From the human T2T-CHM13v2.0 reference genome, Homo sapiens, in the NCBI RefSeq assembly GCF_009914755.1, contig NC_060930.1: 64,000 bases of DNA. One strand, written 5' to 3'. Positions 25,830 through 47,206 of this stretch are shown in pieces. Position 1 is the first letter of the stretch, and the number at the start of each line of letters is the position of its first letter. The notes under the pieces are model-generated. The model saw only the letters and a list, made by a program, of their open reading frames with translations, did no database searches and was not told the origin of the DNA. The translations under genes were made by a program, and so were the position numbers.

Positions 25830-26009
25830 TAAAACTCGCCAATGATGCTGAAGGCAGCTGGCTCGGTGACAGCAGAGTCGATTCTGCAGCACTGATACCT
25901 AAGCTTTTCCAGGGGTTTAATCTGAGTGGGAGTATGGAGAGTGGCTTCACTGTGGAGCAAAATGAGGTAGCCGTCAGGAGAGGGAAGCGAGGGCACACAA
26001 CCTTTGTGC

Positions 26010-26914
<905 letters not shown>

Positions 26915-26969
26915 TTATTACCTACTATGTGTACCTAATACGTGCCAGGTAGTATACTACTTATACTAC

Positions 26970-27387
<418 letters not shown>

Positions 27388-28159
27388 TAGGGTCTTGGGG
27401 ATATCACCCAACCTCTTGAGCCTCCATGTATTCATTGTAACTTGACAAGCAGTGCCTCTTTGTAGGATTTGGTGTGAAAACCAAGTGAGATAATTCAGGG
27501 AAAGCTCCTAGCCCACAGACGGAGCTCGCTGGCTGGGAGTTGTTACTAGCTATGCTCTTCATGGACGTTTCTGCTTTCCTGGGACCATTTGTTCTGGCCG
27601 CAAGCCTGGTTGCTTCTACCTTCAGGATATACTGCGAACAGAGCCCGTCCTCACACCTCATACCCCTCACATGCTGTCACTTGGCCCGGCCACTGTGATA
27701 TCTCTGGGGGTGATTGCTAGAGCTTCCCACCTGCCCTTCCTGCTCCCACACTTGTCCTCTGGCATCTTCACACAGATTCTTTCAAATCTGAAAGCTGAGC
27801 TAGTTTTCAGCTCCCAGCCCTCCAGTAGCATGGGGTTAGAAGCCCATCTAATGCCTCCCTCCGTGTGCTCCACCAGGCCCTTTGGGATGACCCCTGGCTG
27901 CTTCTCAGAGTTCCCCCTTCCCTTGCCCCATCTCACCTCCCTCCCTCAGCACACTTCCACCTCAGGACTCTTGCACCTGCTGCTCGTTCAGCCTGGATGC
28001 TGTTCCTCCAGAAATCCGCCCGATGCACTCCCTCACTTCTCTCCAGTCTCTGCCTCATTGGCCCTCGGACAGGCTTCCTTGTCCACCTGCCTCACGTAGT
28101 GCTCCTGGCAACTCTGCCCCTGACTCTGCTTCACATAATACAAATCGTTTTATCTATTT

Positions 28160-28979
<820 letters not shown>

Positions 28980-30267
28980 TCACATCTTTCCACTTCCCCA
29001 GCATGACGCTCTGTTATTCGTCTCTGTATCCCAGGGCTTAGCATGTAGCAAGTGCTTGAAAAATACCCTCTGGCCTGGATTCACGCCAGCTCTGCCCACC
29101 CTCCAACACAGTACATTTTCATTTTCTTCCTTGAGGTGACTGGAGGTCAAAGAGGTAAAATGATGTGTCCAAGGCACGTAGCATTCCTGTGCACTCTCTC
29201 AGGGACCGGGACGCAGGTCTCCAACCTCTGACAGTGACCCCACACCTTTGTCCTCACCTTACTGCCTGTCCCGCCCTCATGGCTTGATACCAGGACCTGC
29301 TTCTTTTTGAAGATGGCCACAATGAGAGTATTTCCACCATGGAAATTGGCAAACATGAAAATTGGCATGTCAGCCCCTCTGACCTGTCATCCCCCAACAA
29401 AGAGCTAGTTGTTCCATTTTTACCAGCACCTCACTGGACAGGGAGCCTGGCATTCTGGGGAGACTGAGGGAAGCCATCTTAGCTCACATAGCCCTGTCTC
29501 GATCTTACAACCAGACCACAAGCCCCTCGAGGGTGGCCAAGATGCCTTATCCATCTCTTTTCCCCACTCCTGTCCTCACTCTCTGTCCTGGGCTTGCTGC
29601 CAGCTAGATTTGGGCCTAGGGAAACACTGAGCTTCTTCAGGTTGAAGGCCAAGGTAGGGGTGAGGGCATCTTCCTACTGGTACTGCTGGCCTGCCCTGGC
29701 CTCTGCCTGGCCACCGTATTCCTGTTCTTACTGCCTGGGGGAGCTGAGCACTGACATGCTAGAGCCATTTCCACCTCTGAACTGTTCTTCTCACCCTCTT
29801 CTCTCTATGATTCTCAGATTTCTCATCTTTGCCATTATCATGTCTCACTTTCTTTTTTTCTAGGAATAAAAACAAAAGTTAATTTTTGATGAGCACTTAC
29901 CATGTGCTTTCTTTTTATTGGCTCATGTAATCCTTATACCAGCTCCATTGTACAGAATGAGAACAGAGAGGCACAGAGAGGTTCAGCAACTTGCCCAAAA
30001 TCACACAGCTGGTAAATAGGGAAGCCAGAGCTCAGTCTAGATGATCCGAGACCTCTCTGGAAAGCAGCAGTGAGCACATCAGACTTAGAATTGTAAAACA
30101 TGGGTTTGAATACAGGCTCTGTCACCTCCTGTGACTTTGCTGTCTAGGTCTCAGCTTCCTTCCTCATTCACAAGGTGGGACGATGAACATGCACCCCATC
30201 CATTCATAGGGTCATTTCAAAGTCAAATTATGTAACAGGCGTAAAAGGATATTGAAAATGGGAAAGT

Positions 30268-31179
<912 letters not shown>

Positions 31180-31428
31180 TCATCAAGCCCAGACTCAGAG
31201 AGTGGGTGGGTTCACCCCAGCAGGCTCCTAGTGCTCAGACCAACACCAGTACTGCCACTCCTTGAATGGAGTCAGTACATGAATACATCTTAGACGTTTT
31301 AATGAAAGCCAGTTGGAAGTTATGCTTCACTTTCTAGAAACAGGCTTGAGTAAACTTTTTAGAAACATATTTATTTTTGTGGAGCAAGGCAATATATCCT
31401 GGTCTGACTTTATTTTTAAAATTATTTT

Positions 31429-31615
31429 GGGGGGTGGGGGTAAGGGGAGGGAGAGCATTAGGACAAATAGCTAATGCATACAGGGCTTAAAACCTAGATG
31501 ACGGGTTGATAAGTGCAGCAAACCACCATGGCACATGCATACCTATGTAACAAACCTGCACACTCTGCATATGTATCCCGGAACTTAAAGTAAAATAAAT
31601 AAACACATAAATACA
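31429..31615 (+). mobile_element. 5'-truncated primate L1PA 3' end
   Basis: GGGAGAGCATTAGGACAAATAGCTAATGCA...GCAGCAAACCACCATGGCAC...AACTTAAAGTAAAATAAA; TSD TAAAATTATTTT. Confidence 0.88.
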
Positions 31616-31634
31616 TAAAATTATTTTTAATATA

Positions 31635-33027
<1,393 letters not shown>

Positions 33028-33349
33028 TATTTTATCATGTCATTAGAATACATCACTTTTTTTGAAGCATAATTTAAAATAAAGTGCATAGAACTTAAGT
33101 GTATGGATTGATGACTTTTCATGTGTGTTCACCCACGTAACCATCAAGATCCAGAATGAAGGCTCAGAAGACGTCCAGGGCCCCGGAGGGCTCCCTTGTG
33201 CCCCCTCCCAGTCAGTACCCACCCCGCAGTAGTGATTTAATTTTGGATAGGCAATACATTCACATGGTACAATTCAAAAAGTACAAAAGGTAAACTAGAA
33301 AATCTCCCTCCCATCCTGCTGCCAGAGACCCATTTTTTGGAGGGGTGGA

Positions 33350-33637
33350 GGAGAGACAGGGTCTTGCTCTGTCACCCAAGCTGGAGTGCAGTGACACAAT
33401 CACGGCTCACTACAGCCTTAACCTCCCCGGCTCAAGTGATCCTCCCACCTCAACCTCCTGAATAGCTGGGACTACAGGCGCACTCAGCTGTACCTGGCTA
33501 ATTGTTTGTATTTTTTGTAGATACAGAGTCTCACCATGTTGTCCAGGCTAGTCTCGAACTCCTGGGCTCAACCCATCTGCTCAGCTCAGCCTCCCAAAGT
33601 GTTGAGATTACAGGTGTGAGCCACTGCGTCCAGCCTC
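33350..33637 (-). mobile_element. AluJ
   Basis: rc dimer. Confidence 0.85.
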
Positions 33638-34627
33638 AGACACGCATTTTTTCTCCCATGAGAAAATATTACTGGTTTCTTGCAGACGCTTCCAAAGAAA
33701 GGAGATACACACACTTTATATATTATATCATATCATATTATACTATATTAATTTTCTCACCTTTTTACACAAAAGATACATAACTAGTCAATTGTGTACT
33801 TTTTGCTTAACAACTTACAATGCTAGAATCATTTCAATAATTAGCAAATTAATATATTTACCAAAAAGTGCCCCTTACAAAAGAGTTGGTTTATTAAAAT
33901 TCAAACCTTCATTACCAAACACTTCAATGATGCTTGGCTTTACAGCCCTCTGAAGGTCCTTAGGCAGTAAGCCCTGCTGCTACATCAGAAAATGCAATTC
34001 AATTAGGAAGACGTGATTCATGTTAACTTCTCGGCAGCCCTCCCAATAAACCGTGCTGTGAGATTCTGCCGTCTTGGTATTACCTCTTCCTTTATAGCTG
34101 TTATCAATAATAACCACACGGATTTATATTAGCAGTAACTCATGAGCTCTAAAGAACATGTGTAAGACACACACAAAAATGTGACTGAAATTTGAAGCAT
34201 AAATTGTGGAATTTCTCAAAGGCCTGAATTATTGGAGCTTATTAGGTTGAGGTGAATCAAAGTGGAAAGAACTATTTTGCCCTTTTAGATGTATTAAGCA
34301 GTTTTCCTGGGAAATTGGTCAAGAGAACCGACTGGTGTTGTGTGAACTTCTCGGAAAGAGCAGGTCTGGCCCTGCCAGAAGGCAGCTGAGAGAGTTGGGC
34401 TGGGCTGAGTTCCAGGAAACAGAGTAGGGGCTAGTTAGGAGTGGGAAGGCTAGCAGGATGATGCAAATTCAAATCCCCAGGTACATCAGCAAGGCCAGAG
34501 GGTATAAACAGAGCCCCAAACCAGAGCCACAGCCAGTGGGCAGGGCTCTGGAGCTGGACTGGCTGAGAATGGGCTTAGGTGCAAGTTGGGAGACACTGGA
34601 TCATCGCCAAGAATAAGGGCAAAGTCT

Positions 34628-34906
34628 GGCCGAGCGCAGTGGCTCACACCTGTAATCCTAGCACTTTGGGAGGCCAAGGCGGGCAGATCATGAGGACAGG
34701 AGTTCGAGACCAGCCTGGCCAATATGGTGAAACCTCGTCTCTACTAAAAATACAAAAATTAGCCGGGCGTGGTGGCACGTGCCTGTAGTCCTAGCTACTC
34801 AGGAGGCTGAGGCAGTAGAATTGCTTGAACCCAGGAGGCGGAGGTTGCAGGGAGCCGAGACTGCACCACTGCACCACAGCCTGGGTGACAGAGCGAGACT
34901 CCATCT

Positions 34907-34938
<32 letters not shown>
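34628..34938 (+). mobile_element. AluS
   Basis: dimer, long A tail, TSD AAGAATAAGGGCA. Confidence 0.92.
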
Positions 34939-34939
<1 letters not shown>

Positions 34940-35059
34940 ATAAGGGCAGGGCAAAGTCCACTAGTCTCTGGGAGAGTGTGTGGGGCACGCTGACTCAGTA
35001 TGGGAACAGATACATATGGGCTTTGCAAAGGGTCCGCATGGAGAATTGTAACAATAATA

Positions 35060-39400
<4,341 letters not shown>

Positions 39401-39431
39401 AACTACCATTTGTGGAAAAAAAAAAAAAAAT

Positions 39432-39898
39432 AGCTAGGCACAGTGGCTTATGCCTGTAATCCCAGCATTTGGGGAGGCTGAAGCAGGAGGATCACTTGAG
39501 GCCAAGAGTTCGAAATCAGCCTGGGAAACATAGCAAGACCTCATCTCTATGAAAAAGACAAAAATTAACTGGATGTTGTGGCATGTGTGCCTGTAGTCAC
39601 AGCTGCTGGGGAGGCTGAGGCAGGAGAATCACTGGACCCCAGGAGTTCAAGGTTGCAGTGAGCTATGATAACATCACTGCACTCCAGCCTGGGCAACATA
39701 GAGAGACCTCGTTTCTAATAAAAATTAAAACAAAACAAAACAAACAAAGCAGCCTGTCATAGTGGCACATGCCTATAGTCCCAGCTACTTGGGAGACTGA
39801 GGCAGGGGGATCACTGAAGCCCAGGAGTTTGAATTGCAGTGAGCTACAATTGCACCACTGCACTCCAGCCTGGGCGACAGAACAAGACCCTGTCTCTG
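39432..39898 (+). mobile_element. AluJ plus extra right arm
   Basis: dimer ~39432-39745 followed by a second right monomer. Confidence 0.85.
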
Positions 39899-40340
39899 AA
39901 TATATATATATATAATATATATATATTTATATATATTTTATGTATATATATTATATATATATTTATATATTTTTATGTATATATATTATATATATTTATA
40001 TATTTTTATGTATATATATTATATATATTTATATATTTTTATGTATATATTATATATATTTATATATATTTTATGTATATATATTATATATATTTATATA
40101 TTATGTATATATATTATATATATTTTATATATTTTATGTATATATATTATATATATTTATATATATTTTATGTATATATATTATATATTTATATATTTTA
40201 TATATGTATATTTTATATATATTTATATATTATATATATTTATATATTTTATATATATACACACACATAGAGATATATGTACATATGCATAGAGATAATA
40301 CACATATATTTTGTAATGTGTATATATACACCATATATAT
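39899..40340. repeat. AT-rich ~33-bp minisatellite (TTTATGTATATATATTATATATATTTATATATT)n, ~8 copies, plus (TA)-rich flank
   Basis: read directly; lies in the Alu tail position. Confidence 0.9.
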
Positions 40341-40388
40341 TATCTATTCAAAAGTAAATAAAGTTGAACATTTTAAAATAATGCTTTG

Positions 40389-40948
40389 CGGCGCTGCGGC
40401 AGTCCAGATCAAAAATGGCGGCAGTTGGTGTGTTCTCGGTTTCTCGGCTGCTGGGTCGGTCCCGCCCACAGCTGGGGCGGCCTATGTCGAGTGGCGCCCA
40501 TGGAGAAGAGGGCTCAGCTCGCATGTGGAAGACCCTCACCTTCTTCGTCGCGCTCCCCGGGGTGGCAGTCAGCATGCTGAATGTGTACCTGAAGTCGCAC
40601 CACGGAGAGCACGAGAGACCCGAGTTCATCGCCTACCCCCATCTCCGCATCAGGACCAAGCCGTTTCCCTGGGGAGATGGTAACCATACTCTATTCCATA
40701 ACCCTCATGTGAATCCACTTCCAACTGGCTACGAAGATGAATAAAGAGAATCTGGACCACTACCCGGGCACCAGGGACCACAGCACTGGTTTGGACCATT
40801 ACTCTGCACATGGACCAGAAAAAGTATATGGGACCTTAAGCTCACCTTCTTTACTTGTATCAAATGATGACTGGTATACTGGTCTCCCATCCCTTTGCTT
40901 GTGGCGGGAGATGGCTTAAATAAATAACTTAAACTTAAAAAAATAAAA
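40389..40948 (+). pseudogene. COX6A1P2: Processed retrocopy of COX6A1 (cytochrome c oxidase subunit 6A1) with intact 109-aa ORF at 40415-40744
   Basis: Intronless [39 protein letters not shown]...GYEDE; 3'UTR, AATAAA 40919-40924, A-tail from 40937; 15-bp TSD TAAAATAATGCTTTG at 40374-40388 and 40949-40963; TTTT/AAAA L1-endonuclease site. The P2 label is from recall of its position next to FGD2. Confidence 0.93.
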
Positions 40949-41841
40949 TAAAATAATGCTTTGTCTTTAACTCAGAAGTTTCGCTTCTACGAATTTATCC
41001 TTAGTAAATGATCATGGCAAAGATTTAGCTTAAAGGATGTTATCACAGCTTCATTTGATATTGTGAAAAAGGTAAAACAACCCAATTATTCAACAATAGG
41101 AAATTTGTTGAATAGCTTATGCCATTCTCGTACTCGGCCACCGTCTTTAATGGCCTCTTAGAAAACGATCCCATGCCCTGGGAAGTGATCATGATATACT
41201 AATTGATAAGAAGTTATGACATGGCACCGTGTAATCTTATCTTTCAAGTCAATTGAATTATATAAGTGTAGATTGAGATGTAGATTAAAACACAGGGAGA
41301 GATGAAGATAGATACAGAAACCAAAATGTTAACACTGATCTCTGGGAGGTCCAATTACTGTTGATTTTGTTTTCTTCTCTTTCACCTGTGTTTTTCAACA
41401 ATAAATGTGCTACTTTGTAAAAACACAAATGCTACAAATTTGTCTCCTTTTTTTGTGAAGGATTCCTAGATGATTCTATAAATAGCAGCTCCAGATACAG
41501 AATTTGAAACTTTGTTTTTAAAGAGAACAGAGTTTTCAAAGTCAAAGATTACCAGACATACATCGTTGGTTAGAGAGAGCTGCCAGGCCTGTTCTAAGAA
41601 GTCCTATCATGTTGGTGACAACACTGACCCCCTCCCAGTCCAGCTGGCCAGTGGTGGCCATGTCCAGAGGGGACATCCTGAGTGCAGGCTGTGTCCCTAA
41701 ACTACCTCTAATCAAAACTAGTAGGCATGGGAGGCGCCAGAATTTGCATAGGATGATCTTGGGACCAGTATACAATCTGCACTTCCAAAGCCAGCCCACT
41801 GTTTGTACTTACATCATAGCTTAAAAAGTGGGCTGGGGCCA

Positions 41842-42813
<972 letters not shown>

Positions 42814-44199
42814 CTGAAGACACTTTTTAATGTATACTTCATATAAGACTGAGAAAATGTCCATTGTCCAAAACAAAGACATTTTCTAGTGGTGCCTCTG
42901 AGGTATAGAGCTGATGGCAGTTATGGGGACTTTGGGCACCTCCAGCCCCCAGGCACCTCCACTGCAGGCTGCAGGTTTGCACCCTGGCCTTCCCAGCAGG
43001 CAGAAGCAATCCCACCATCCCACGAGCCTGGAGAGCCCGGGTCTCAGCTCCTGGTGGGTCCTCAGGTCCCCGTGCAGAGCTGCAGCCTGGCTCTGAGGCT
43101 CTGTCTGGTCTCACCAGTCACCTCTGCAGGGACCTTTTGGGACCTGCTTTCGTCTGTCTGACACTCCTATCAGAGGGGTCTTCCTGCCTCCCAGACCGGA
43201 CCCCATCTCTAACCCTAGAGGTTCTAGCTCACTCCCTCACCACCACCCTGCTGCTCCTAGACCCCCGGATGTGGTTTCTGGCCTGCAGGAAATTCACTGT
43301 CTCCATATCCCCAGCCTGTCTTCCAAGTGCGCTAGAGGCCCAGGCATCCTTATTCTTGAGGCCACATGCTTCCACGTGTCAAATATATTCAAATGCACCC
43401 ACATGCATCACATATAATTTACATAAACCATAGGAGTTAAGTTGCAAATGTCTAGTTAACATTTTGTAGTCATTTAGTAATTTCACTCTTAACAGTTTAC
43501 TTCCCTGCTTTTGAAGCTAATGATCGTCCCCTCCCTGCTGTGGCTCAGGTGTTGCCATGGGCGTTTGCCACTGCTCATGGCTGGGGCACCTCAGTCATGG
43601 ACCTAGCTGTGGTCCATGCCCAGGGTCCCTTCTAAGGAAGTCCAGGCATGCACTGGTGTGCCTGACCCAGGGGAGCCCTCCAAACCACCCAACATCCAGG
43701 TACAATGGCCCAGTCTCCGTGCAGTGCTGTAGGGCAAGAGGGGCGGCCCATTTCCAAGCCAAGATGGCCTCCTCCTCCTCTCTACACTTGCTCCTTGGCT
43801 AGCTCACTCATACCTTCACTTGCTTCCAGCAGATTTTCCACTATGCAAGAAAAGCTAAGGGCTAAGAGGGTCACTTGACATCGTAGAATCCAAAAGTCCT
43901 TCCCATTACAGAGATAAGAAAACTGAGGCCCCGAGAATGAAGCGGTGACCTTCAGGTGCATCCTTGCATTTTGTGGAATTTGAATGTGGAATTCTGCCCT
44001 GGGCTGAGGTTGAGATTTTGCAGTTGCTCAAGGGGAACCCTGGAAGCAGAGTGTATCTACCCTCCTCAGACCACTGAGACCCTCAGATTTGTCTTCATCC
44101 CAGGTCAGTGGACTTCTCCCAGGTTTTGTTGTCTTCTCTCGGCAACACCCTGCTGAAGCCAGGGGGAAGGCGGGAGATTTATCCTGGGTGCTGAGTATC

Positions 44200-44361
44200 T
44201 AGGGTTATCAGATAAAATGCAGGATGGCCAGTTACAATTGAATTTTAGATAAATAACAAATAAGTTGTTTAGCATGAAGGTGTCCTAAATGTTGCTGTTT
44301 ATCTGAAATTCAAATGTAACTGGGCATCCTGCATTTTTATTTACTAAACCTGGCCACCCTG
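44200..44361. mobile_element. MER53 palindromic hAT MITE (central deletion)
   Basis: TAGGGTTATCAGATAAAATGCAGG...CCTGCATTTTTATTTACTAAACCTGGCCACCCTG; degenerate 8-bp TSD TGAGTATC/TAAGTATC. Confidence 0.8.
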
Positions 44362-45152
44362 TAAGTATCCCATTTCGTTTGGGCCAGGCCCCTCCCCACT
44401 GCAGCTGTGAGTTTTCCTGCCACCCAACAGCGTGAGTCACACAGCTGTGGACCTCCAGGCAAATGTTTTTGAACAGAACAGCATCACGGTTTAGGGGAAT
44501 CCCCTCGCTGTCCCCATAACACATGCTTCAGCAAAGCAAAAACCTTAAAACAACATCTCTGGGAGGAAAATAAAGAAGGCATCAAGAGTTCCCAATGACT
44601 CGGGGAAGGCCCCAGCCACGGCCACATTAGTGCAGCCAAGATGGCCACGACTAGATGGCTGGCTCTTCACCTCTGGGAGAGGCACAGCTGGCTTTGACAA
44701 TCGTGGGAAATTGGAGACCAGACCTTCCCAGCCAACTCCTGTCAAGGTCTGATACTCGTCCTTCCCCACCTTTCTGAGAAGAGGCCTACGAGGAAGAATG
44801 GGCTCATGGGCTATGTGAGCCGAGCAGGTTACTTGACTGTGGGATCATGATTGTATCTTTGTCATGGCATCACTGTGGGGATTATAGGAGGAAATTAATG
44901 TAAAATGCTTGGCCCAGTACCTGGTGCGCAATAAGCACTTACAATCAATGGTGGCTATTGTTATAAGAACGTCAGGACATGCACTTGGCCATCAAGCCAG
45001 TGGGTCTTCTGAAGAGGGTGAGCTTGGAATTCTCTGGGTGCCCATGGTTTGTTGCCCCTCAGAAAGCTGTGGGCCTCTAATATGGGCATATCCCCTGGAC
45101 TGGAATCTGCATTAAGCCAGTGTCATCTGTCAGCGCTTTGTTTGGGTTAGTC

Positions 45153-45456
45153 GTTTTTTTGTTTTGTTTTGTTTGAGACAGAGTCTTGCTCTGTTGCCCA
45201 GGCTGGAGTGCAGTGGTGCAATCACAGCTCACTGCAGCGTCGACTTGCCGGGTTCTAGCAATTCTCCCACCACACCCTAGTAGCTGGGACTATAGGCGCA
45301 CACCACTACGCCTGGCTAATTTTTAAATTTTTTTTTTTAAGAGACAAGGTCTCACTGTGTTGTCCAGGCTGGTCTTGAACTCCTGGGCTCAAGTGATCCT
45401 CCCGCCTTGGCTTCTTAAAGTGCTGGGATTATAGACGTGAGCCACCATGGCCAGCC
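45153..45456 (-). mobile_element. AluJ
   Basis: rc dimer. Confidence 0.88.
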
Positions 45457-47192
45457 CTGGGTTAGATTTTTAGTCACTCAGCAGGGTCCTGAGGAGGCCG
45501 GACTCAGAAGAGTTCAGCTTTGAAGGTGGAAAAAGCAAGTTTTCTACCTGGGATGCCCCCAAGGGTAGCAGGCCATACTTCCTAAGTGTGCATGTTGGTG
45601 GGGAGGGAGGGTATCAAGGAGTATGTCCCTGGAGAAGGGAGAAAGGAGGGGGCGTGGGAAGGGGCCTGTGGAACGCACGTGTCTCATTTCCTCTTTCGGA
45701 ATGTCCGCTGTGGGCCCCAACAAAGGAACTTCGGTTGGAACTGGGGTGAGGAAGCCCCCGAAGATCAACTTCTCTTCCTTTAACATTTGGCTCTGCTGAG
45801 GGCCCTGGGGTTGGAACACCCACCTTCTTAGAAAGAAACTGAAAGGCCTTAGGAGAAACCCCGCCACTTCCCCTTCCTCGGTAAGAGGAACTTGGCGTTG
45901 CCCTGACAGGAAAGTCTTGGTGGGGCTTCTCGGAAGCCGCCACCGCTGCACTGCTGAGCAAAACCACAGGTCAGGGGCCAGGCCGGGGGCCAGGCTAGTG
46001 AGGACTGGCCATTGATAAAGTCACAGGCTCCATCTAAGCCCATCGGCAGAACTGGGGAGCTGCCAACATTTCCTCTTCCAGCACCGCCTGCCAACTCCTG
46101 TTTGGGAGCCACCAACCCCTCAGCTCTGCCAATGGGTCCCTCCCCACTCACACCAGCCCTCCAACCAGGATCGTTCTGTGTCTGCGTTCTGGACCCCCAG
46201 CTATGCCCACCACCCAGCAAAGCTCATCCATCCAGCTCCCATCCCCCACAGAGGCACTGACTCTCCCGTGGAGTCCTGGGGGACCTCACGGGCACGTGGA
46301 GCTGTGCTTTGGAATAGGTCACACCCTGTGAGCTGCTTCGGATGGCCTTGTAGATTAAGAAAAATGGTCTTTTGCTGGGCACGCAGGAATGCTTGACTTA
46401 ACGGTGACTGCTATCTGCTGCGTCCATTCGGAGATCAGAAACAGGCTTCTCTCTGGGACTGGGGATGCCTCTCCTCATCCCTGATATATCCAAGGGCAGC
46501 TGCTGTGGCAAGGGGGACAGTGCACAGGTACAAATCACATCTCAGGCCAGCCCCAAAGGGGCCGAGAGATCCTTGGGTCCTAAAGGGTCCCAAAGCTTAT
46601 TTGTATAAGCTTATTTGTACTAAGCTTTAATATAAACATGTCAGGATGGTGTGGCACCAGAGCCCGGCCACCACTGTGGGGACAGGGTCCAGCCTGCACG
46701 GCCTTGCACAAGACCTGTGCCAGGGACCCCTGTGCTCCATTCCAGCTCCTCCTCCAGGCTTTGCTGTGACGAGCCTCTGCCTCCTTCACCCAGCCCTCTC
46801 CTGCCCACCCTGTGAGACTGAGCCCCAGTCCAGATGGGTAGGGGCTGCCTGCATGACCTCACTGAGTATATCCCCCAGGGACCCTTGTCCACATCACTTG
46901 GTGGTTGCTCTGAGCAACACCCAGCTGGCCTATAGGCTCCCGGATAACAGCAACAGTGGGCTTGGCATCTCTGGATGAACATTTGATGAGGTAATAAGTA
47001 AATGGGTGAATTTAGTGCTATCTACCAGGCCTTGTGGCTGAGAGCCCCACGTGCCCACATGCTCAGACATCCACGTGTGGGCAAGTGCACCCGCGTGCGG
47101 CAGGAGGAGACACGTGCACGCCTGCCACGGTGTCCCTGAGACGTGTGTCTGTGGATCCCTGCGTTTGTCCCCAGCATCACCCATGATGCCAG

Positions 47193-47206
47193 CCAGCAGG
47201 TGGCGG
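47193..47206 (+). promoter_or_regulatory. CTCF-like motif in a CpG-enriched patch
   Basis: CCAGCAGGTGGCGG matches core CCASYAGRKGGCRS. Confidence 0.55.

Noticed and set aside
39839-40683. 143-247-aa Ile/Tyr-rich ORFs
   Set aside because: Translation of an AT minisatellite running into the wrong frame of the COX6A1 retrocopy.
44200-44361. MER53 as a miR-1302-family precursor
   Set aside because: The central arm needed for that hairpin is deleted and the remaining mature-like sequence is degenerate.
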